From Bryobacterales bacterium (GTDB taxonomy: Bacteria; Acidobacteriota; Terriglobia; Bryobacterales; UBA6623), in contig CBDCFO010000007.1 of assembly GCA_965216215.1 (NCBI GenBank), positions 652,876 through 716,875 on the forward strand: DNA of 64,000 nt, read 5' to 3'. A program made the translations under genes and the position numbers. How positions within the stretch are numbered: the stretch's first letter is position 1; each line of letters begins with the position of its first letter. The notes beneath the pieces were generated by a model. It saw nothing but the letters and a program-made list of their open reading frames with translations, was not told the origin of the DNA and searched no databases. Shown here piece by piece: positions 59,437-64,000 of the stretch.

Positions 59437-60789
59437 GTGCACAAGACCTTTTACATCGAGACCTTCGGCTGTCAGATGAACGTCCACGACAGCGAGAAGG
59501 TGCGCGGTCTGCTTGAGTCTCAGGGCTACAGCCAGGTTCCGTCGCCCGACGATGCCTCCATGTTGCTCTACAACACATGCAGCATTCGCGACAAAGCCGA
59601 GCAAAAGGTTTTCTCCCGGCTTGCCGGGGTGAAGCGACGGGCCGCCGGAAAGACAATCGGAGTGCTAGGCTGCGTGGCCCAGCACAATGGCGAGGACATC
59701 TTCGAATACGCTCCGCACGTCGATTTCGTGTGCGGTTCGGCCAGTTACAACGCCTTGCCCGCGATCCTGGACCGAGTGGAGTCAGGCGAATCGAGAGTCA
59801 CCGGGTTGGACCTCGAGACCATCGAGACCTTCGACGCTCCGCGGGTAGAGCGCGACCGGCCGTACAGCGCCTACATCACCATCATCGAGGGCTGCGACAA
59901 GTCCTGCGCCTACTGCGTCGTGCCATTCACTCGCGGGCCGGAAGAAAGCGAGGCGGTCATGCGAGAGGCCCGTGAACTCGCGGCTAGCGGATATACGGAA
60001 ATCACGCTTCTCGGCCAGACGGTCAACAGCTACCGTGACCCATCCGCGGCAGGATGGAGCTTCGCCAGGCTCCTCGACGAGATCGGCAACCTGCCCCGCA
60101 TCCGGCGTGTCCGGTTCACGACCTCGCACCCGGCCGATTTCACGCCGGACATCGCCGAGGCCATCGACCGCAACGAGGCGCTCTGCGACTGGGTGCACCT
60201 GCCGGTTCAGTCTGGCTCGACCAGCGTGCTGCGAGGAATGCGACGCACCTATACGCGCGACGAGTACATGCGCTGCGTCGCGATGCTCCGGGCTGCGAAG
60301 AGGACGATCGAACTCAGCACGGACATCATCGTGGGTTTCCCTGGCGAGACCGCAGCGGAATTCGAAGAGACTTTGTCACTGCTCGACGAAGTGCGTTACG
60401 CGTCCGTGTTCTCGTTCAAGTACTCGCCTCGCAAGGGCACCTCGGCAGCCGAACTGCCGCAGATCCCGGAAGAGGAAAAGGGACGGCGGCTGCGTGAATT
60501 GCAGGAACGCCAGCGGCGAATTCAACTGCGACACAACACTGCCTTGATCGGACGCCATGAAGAGGCCTTGGTCGAGAGGTACAAGGAAAAGTTCGGCCAG
60601 TGGGTCGGGAGGACAACGCAGAACCGAGTGTTGAACTTCACGGACCCCGAGGCCCTCGCGGTCGGGCGCGACCTGCGCGGCAACTATTGCCAAGTCAAGG
60701 TCACAGCGGCGGGTCCTAACTCGCTGGTCGGCGAACTCGCCGCGGCCGAATCCGAACCCGCCTTCCAGGGGCTCCGGGTTCTAAATTGA
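59437..60789 (+). CDS. miaB: tRNA-2-methylthio-N6-dimethylallyladenosine synthase
   Basis: IETFGCQMNVHDSE, NTCSIRDKAEQK, radical SAM CDKSCAYC, HLPVQSGS, DIIVGFPGET, TRAM domain; the conserved RSR after RGPE is missing. Confidence 0.95.
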   Translation: MHKTFYIETFGCQMNVHDSEKVRGLLESQGYSQVPSPDDASMLLYNTCSIRDKAEQKVFSRLAGVKRRAAGKTIGVLGCVAQHNGEDIFEYAPHVDFVCGSASYNALPAILDRVESGESRVTGLDLETIETFDAPRVERDRPYSAYITIIEGCDKSCAYCVVPFTRGPEESEAVMREARELAASGYTEITLLGQTVNSYRDPSAAGWSFARLLDEIGNLPRIRRVRFTTSHPADFTPDIAEAIDRNEALCDWVHLPVQSGSTSVLRGMRRTYTRDEYMRCVAMLRAAKRTIELSTDIIVGFPGETAAEFEETLSLLDEVRYASVFSFKYSPRKGTSAAELPQIPEEEKGRRLRELQERQRRIQLRHNTALIGRHEEALVERYKEKFGQWVGRTTQNRVLNFTDPEALAVGRDLRGNYCQVKVTAAGPNSLVGELAAAESEPAFQGLRVLN

Positions 60790-60800
60790 AGGAGACAACG

Positions 60801-61289
60801 ATGGCTGAAGTCGAGATGAGAATCTGTGGGCTGATGATGGATCCCATCACAAACATGCCCATCGTGATCCTCAAGGACCTGTCCAACAAGACCGTGCTGC
60901 CCATTTGGATCGGTGTGTACGAGGCTAATGCGATCGCCCTTGAGATCGAGAAGGTCGCGACTCCGCGGCCAATGACACACGACCTGCTGCGCAACGTCCT
61001 GCATGGATGCGAGGCTTGGATCCGACGGGTCGTCGTCAGCGAATTGAAGGACGACACGTTCTTCTCGGTGATCTGGGTGGAACGCAACGGGGAGCTGATT
61101 GCATTCGATTCTCGGCCGAGCGACGCCTTGGCACTGGCTCTGCGGCTCGACTGCCCGATCTACGTAAGCGAACAGGTGATCGAGTCCTCCAAGCTGTCAC
61201 CGACGTTGAACGACAAGGCCAACAGCGAAGAGTTGCGCCAATGGCTCGAGAATCTCGGCGAAGAGGATCTCGGGCAGTACAAGATGTAG
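60801..61289 (+). CDS. Bifunctional nuclease family protein (DUF151)
   Basis: LPIWIGVYEANAI, PRPMTHDLL, DSRPSDALALALR; AAGGAG RBS. Confidence 0.93.
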   Translation: MAEVEMRICGLMMDPITNMPIVILKDLSNKTVLPIWIGVYEANAIALEIEKVATPRPMTHDLLRNVLHGCEAWIRRVVVSELKDDTFFSVIWVERNGELIAFDSRPSDALALALRLDCPIYVSEQVIESSKLSPTLNDKANSEELRQWLENLGEEDLGQYKM

Positions 61290-61312
61290 GGCCCGCGAGC
61301 CCGATTGCGCAG

Positions 61313-62254
61313 TCAGACTACCGGTCCGCGATGCTCGCCAAGAGCGGCCGCTCTGCGCTTCCCGTCTTCCATCGCTTCCGTGAGGTCGTCGCCCTCGAGC
61401 GGCTCGTAGGATTGGACTGTCTCCACGGCCTTGCTCAACTCCGCGACCGACTTCATCCCCATGATTGCGACCGACAAGCCGGGTATGCCCAATGCGTATC
61501 GAACCGCGCGCCCGTAGTGCGGTTCGTCGGAGAGAATCGCGCCGTTGCCCTGCGCGCCACCGAGAATCTTCATCGCGACGATGCCAAGACCTCGGTCAGC
61601 AGCCTCCTCGAACACGGTCTCTTCGAAATTGTAGATGTGGCGGTCGATGCAATTGACTGCGGCCATGACGGCCTCGACGCGGCCCGACCGCAGGATCGGC
61701 AGCGCGCGCTTGGGTCGCAGGTGGCAGGTCATGCCGATGTGGCGCACCAACCCCTGCTCCTTCAGGCGCTCCAATCCGGCCAGCGCACCGTCATCGCCCA
61801 GCAGTATGTCGAGGCTCGGAAAACGGTCAGTGCGCCCGACATTGTGTAGATGCACCAGATCGAAGTACTCTGCACGGGTTTTTTGGAGACTCTCCTGAAC
61901 CTGCCAGGTAGCATCTTGCCTTGAAGTCGCTTCGACCTTGGTGACCAGTACGAACTTTTCGCGCCTGCCCTTCAGCGCCGGCCCCAGACGCCGTTCGGAC
62001 TGGGCGTAGATCGGCGCTGTGTCGAGGTAGTTGATGCCGTGATCCGCCGCAGCGGAGATCACGTCGTTCACCGCTTGCTGCGTAACGCCATCGCGCCCGA
62101 GCGGAGAGGTCCCGATGCCGAGAACGCCGACATCAACGCCGGTGCGACCCAATGGCCTCTTCTCGATCAAGGTACCTTGCGCCCTTGCACTGGCGGAGAG
62201 CGCGCCAGCGACGGCTGCGGTCTTGCCGAGTTCCCTACGGGTCATGCGTTGCAT
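61313..62254 (-). CDS. Aldo/keto reductase with Tat-like leader
   Basis: MTRRELG, RPLGRTG, GINYLDTAPIY..SE, LVTK, DLVHLH, AMKILG; GGAGG RBS. Confidence 0.9.
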   Translation of the reverse strand: MQRMTRRELGKTAAVAGALSASARAQGTLIEKRPLGRTGVDVGVLGIGTSPLGRDGVTQQAVNDVISAAADHGINYLDTAPIYAQSERRLGPALKGRREKFVLVTKVEATSRQDATWQVQESLQKTRAEYFDLVHLHNVGRTDRFPSLDILLGDDGALAGLERLKEQGLVRHIGMTCHLRPKRALPILRSGRVEAVMAAVNCIDRHIYNFEETVFEEAADRGLGIVAMKILGGAQGNGAILSDEPHYGRAVRYALGIPGLSVAIMGMKSVAELSKAVETVQSYEPLEGDDLTEAMEDGKRRAAALGEHRGPVV

Positions 62255-62354
62255 ACCAACCTCCCCCGACAGTGTAGCCGGGCAAGGTGCGGATAGCTAC
62301 GCTCGGCGCTCGCCATCGCGATGTTCAAGGGACCGGGTCGGCGCAAGCCTGCAA

Positions 62355-63641
62355 TCAGGAAAACAGCGGCAATTCCTCTGTGTTGTTGAACGGGAATCGC
62401 TTGCTGTCCTCTGTTTCCGCAATCCCCAGGTACTTTCGCAGTGCCTTGTGAACATGCCTCGGGTGGACCAGCGCTCCACCGGTGTCATCGCGCTGCAGCG
62501 TCACGGGATTGATCTTCTGCGCGAAGTGCAACTCGTTCGTCTCCCCAACCACTCGGTTCGTCCAGGTTCGATTCTTCTCCATCACGACAAAGCTGCCAAT
62601 CGGCCAGTGGTCCTTCCCTGCCTCGGCGTTGTATTTGTTCGTCCGTCCGAAATCCGATCCCATCACGACCACCAGGCGGTCCGCCACTCCCTGAAGTTCC
62701 GCGTAGTCCCAGAGGTAGTCGACCGAGTCCGTCAGGTTCCCGAGCAACCAGCCATAGTCGCGGTCATGCTCGTCATGGGTATCGAACCCGCCCAGGCGCA
62801 AGTCAGCGCTGACCGCGACACCCGCCTTGAAGGCCAGCAGCGTCAGCTGTGCCTGGCGCTTGAGAGTGCTTCGGTAGGGATCAAATTCCTCCGTCGGCTG
62901 CAGGTCATCGCCTGAGGGGATCATGTCGGCGAACGACCGGAGGCCCTCCGCGGCATCCGGTCCGAGGGCCGAGGCATAGAGGTCCCGGTTCCGAGCGTCT
63001 CGCGGCATGAGGTTGGGCGCGGCGGCAAGCCGCTCCAGCCGCGTGTCCCGGTGACTGGTGATCGACGCCCAGTCCTCCGAACCGAAGAACGCCTGCTTCT
63101 CGGGGTCCCCGAGGTACAACTCGGGCTTGGCGATGGTCCGGATTTCTGTGGGGTTGTTCAGCCGGGTGAACACGGCGACCCCGGCCGTGTACGAAAACCC
63201 TCCGAAACTCAGATAAGGCATCGAGAGGCCAGCACCGTTGTGCGCGGCCAGCAGTGCCGTCGTCGTGGGATAGCCTTCCGAAATCCGTCCGCTCCAATTA
63301 TGAACGGTACCGGCTGAATGCGAATTCGTCTGCGCGTCGACTCCGTTCACGACCAGCATGCGCTGGTAGTACTTTTCGAAGAACGCCTGGTTGTTCGCGA
63401 ACGGAGCGTACTTGATATTGCCAGACTGCCGAATCTCGGCGCTCTCCGCCCAATTGTTGATCGTCGGCTCTCCCGCCACGTTCGCCTTCGGGTCGCAAAA
63501 GCTCGTGGGGTCCCAGCCGCCGTCCGCCTGGATGAACACGAACAGCTTCCCGCTGTAGTCCGCGGCGTTCGCCAACGGCACGCGAAACCCCGACGCCGTT
63601 CCCACTCCCAGCATGACTCTCATGAAGCTACGGCGGTTCAT
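62355..63641 (-). CDS. DUF1501-family Tat-exported protein
   Basis: MNRRSFM, GGWDPTSFCDPK, GGFDTH, VVVMGSDFGRT, GKDHW; AGGAGG RBS. Confidence 0.88.
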   Translation of the reverse strand: MNRRSFMRVMLGVGTASGFRVPLANAADYSGKLFVFIQADGGWDPTSFCDPKANVAGEPTINNWAESAEIRQSGNIKYAPFANNQAFFEKYYQRMLVVNGVDAQTNSHSAGTVHNWSGRISEGYPTTTALLAAHNGAGLSMPYLSFGGFSYTAGVAVFTRLNNPTEIRTIAKPELYLGDPEKQAFFGSEDWASITSHRDTRLERLAAAPNLMPRDARNRDLYASALGPDAAEGLRSFADMIPSGDDLQPTEEFDPYRSTLKRQAQLTLLAFKAGVAVSADLRLGGFDTHDEHDRDYGWLLGNLTDSVDYLWDYAELQGVADRLVVVMGSDFGRTNKYNAEAGKDHWPIGSFVVMEKNRTWTNRVVGETNELHFAQKINPVTLQRDDTGGALVHPRHVHKALRKYLGIAETEDSKRFPFNNTEELPLFS

Positions 63642-63651
63642 GGCATCCCTC

Positions 63652-64000
63652 CTAGAAGTACAGGTACCGATAATCCGTCAGAAGGTACGCCAGGGTGACC
63701 ACCCATGTCCGGACGACATGGTGCGGGTCGCTCCTGTCGGTAGCTCGGATGTACTCATTGATGAGAGTAGTACTGACCCGGCTGGCGCCGCCTGCTGTAT
63801 AGTCCATGACATCATCCACTAGCCCCTCAACGTAAAGGTGATCGCTAGCAGTGTCGCAACGGAATTTCGACTTGACGAAAGCGGCGTTTTCACTGCTTCG
63901 CTTGCGGTTCCAGACTTCGACAAACAGATCGAATGCCTCGTTGACATCCGCGGAGTCAGTGGCCACAGTCACACCGAAGAGCCGCTGGTGCAACTGGGCG
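63652..64000 (-). CDS. C-terminus of a gene upstream of DUF1501 (probably a DUF1588/DUF1592-type partner), partial
   Basis: Open to the window edge; ends W...LAYLLTDYRYLYF 10 nt before the DUF1501 start. Confidence 0.55.
   Translation of the reverse strand, partial: AQLHQRLFGVTVATDSADVNEAFDLFVEVWNRKRSSENAAFVKSKFRCDTASDHLYVEGLVDDVMDYTAGGASRVSTTLINEYIRATDRSDPHHVVRTWVVTLAYLLTDYRYLYF

Overview
High-GC bacterial chromosomal window, most likely Acidobacteriota (Bryobacterales-like; inferred from the acidobacterial VWFA-related genes, an ADOP-type permease and the miaB-DUF151 pair). Core genes sit at both ends: argF-argG-argH-argR with tandem ARG boxes, rluD, recA and tRNA-Leu(CAA) on the left; miaB and a bifunctional nuclease on the right. 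About 50 kb of accessory DNA lies between them. It carries a partly damaged nitrite-assimilation set (NirB-NirD fusion, GAF-ANTAR regulator, frameshifted alginate-export-family porin), a SBP/histidine kinase/REC-PP2C/STAS signalling module, five Cys-type sulfatases, two YHYH proteins, three tandem secreted VWA genes with hypervariable loops, tRNA-Val(GAC), a membrane-anchored CobN/HmuS-like chelatase and three IS elements whose ends can be located. The most unusual signals are in the IS elements. (i) An IS4-family transposase is fused to a DUF4338 (DruA/Mom-like) domain and has a tandemly duplicated right end. (ii) An IS4-family element sits in a poly-G tract and has a start-less +1-frame C-terminal extension behind TTTCCCCC. 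(iii) An ISNCY-like transposase is broken by a 14-nt insertion that matches DNA just outside its own left end. No CRISPR array, rRNA, reverse transcriptase or integrase was seen. Family assignments come from recognising motifs by eye; no database search was run.
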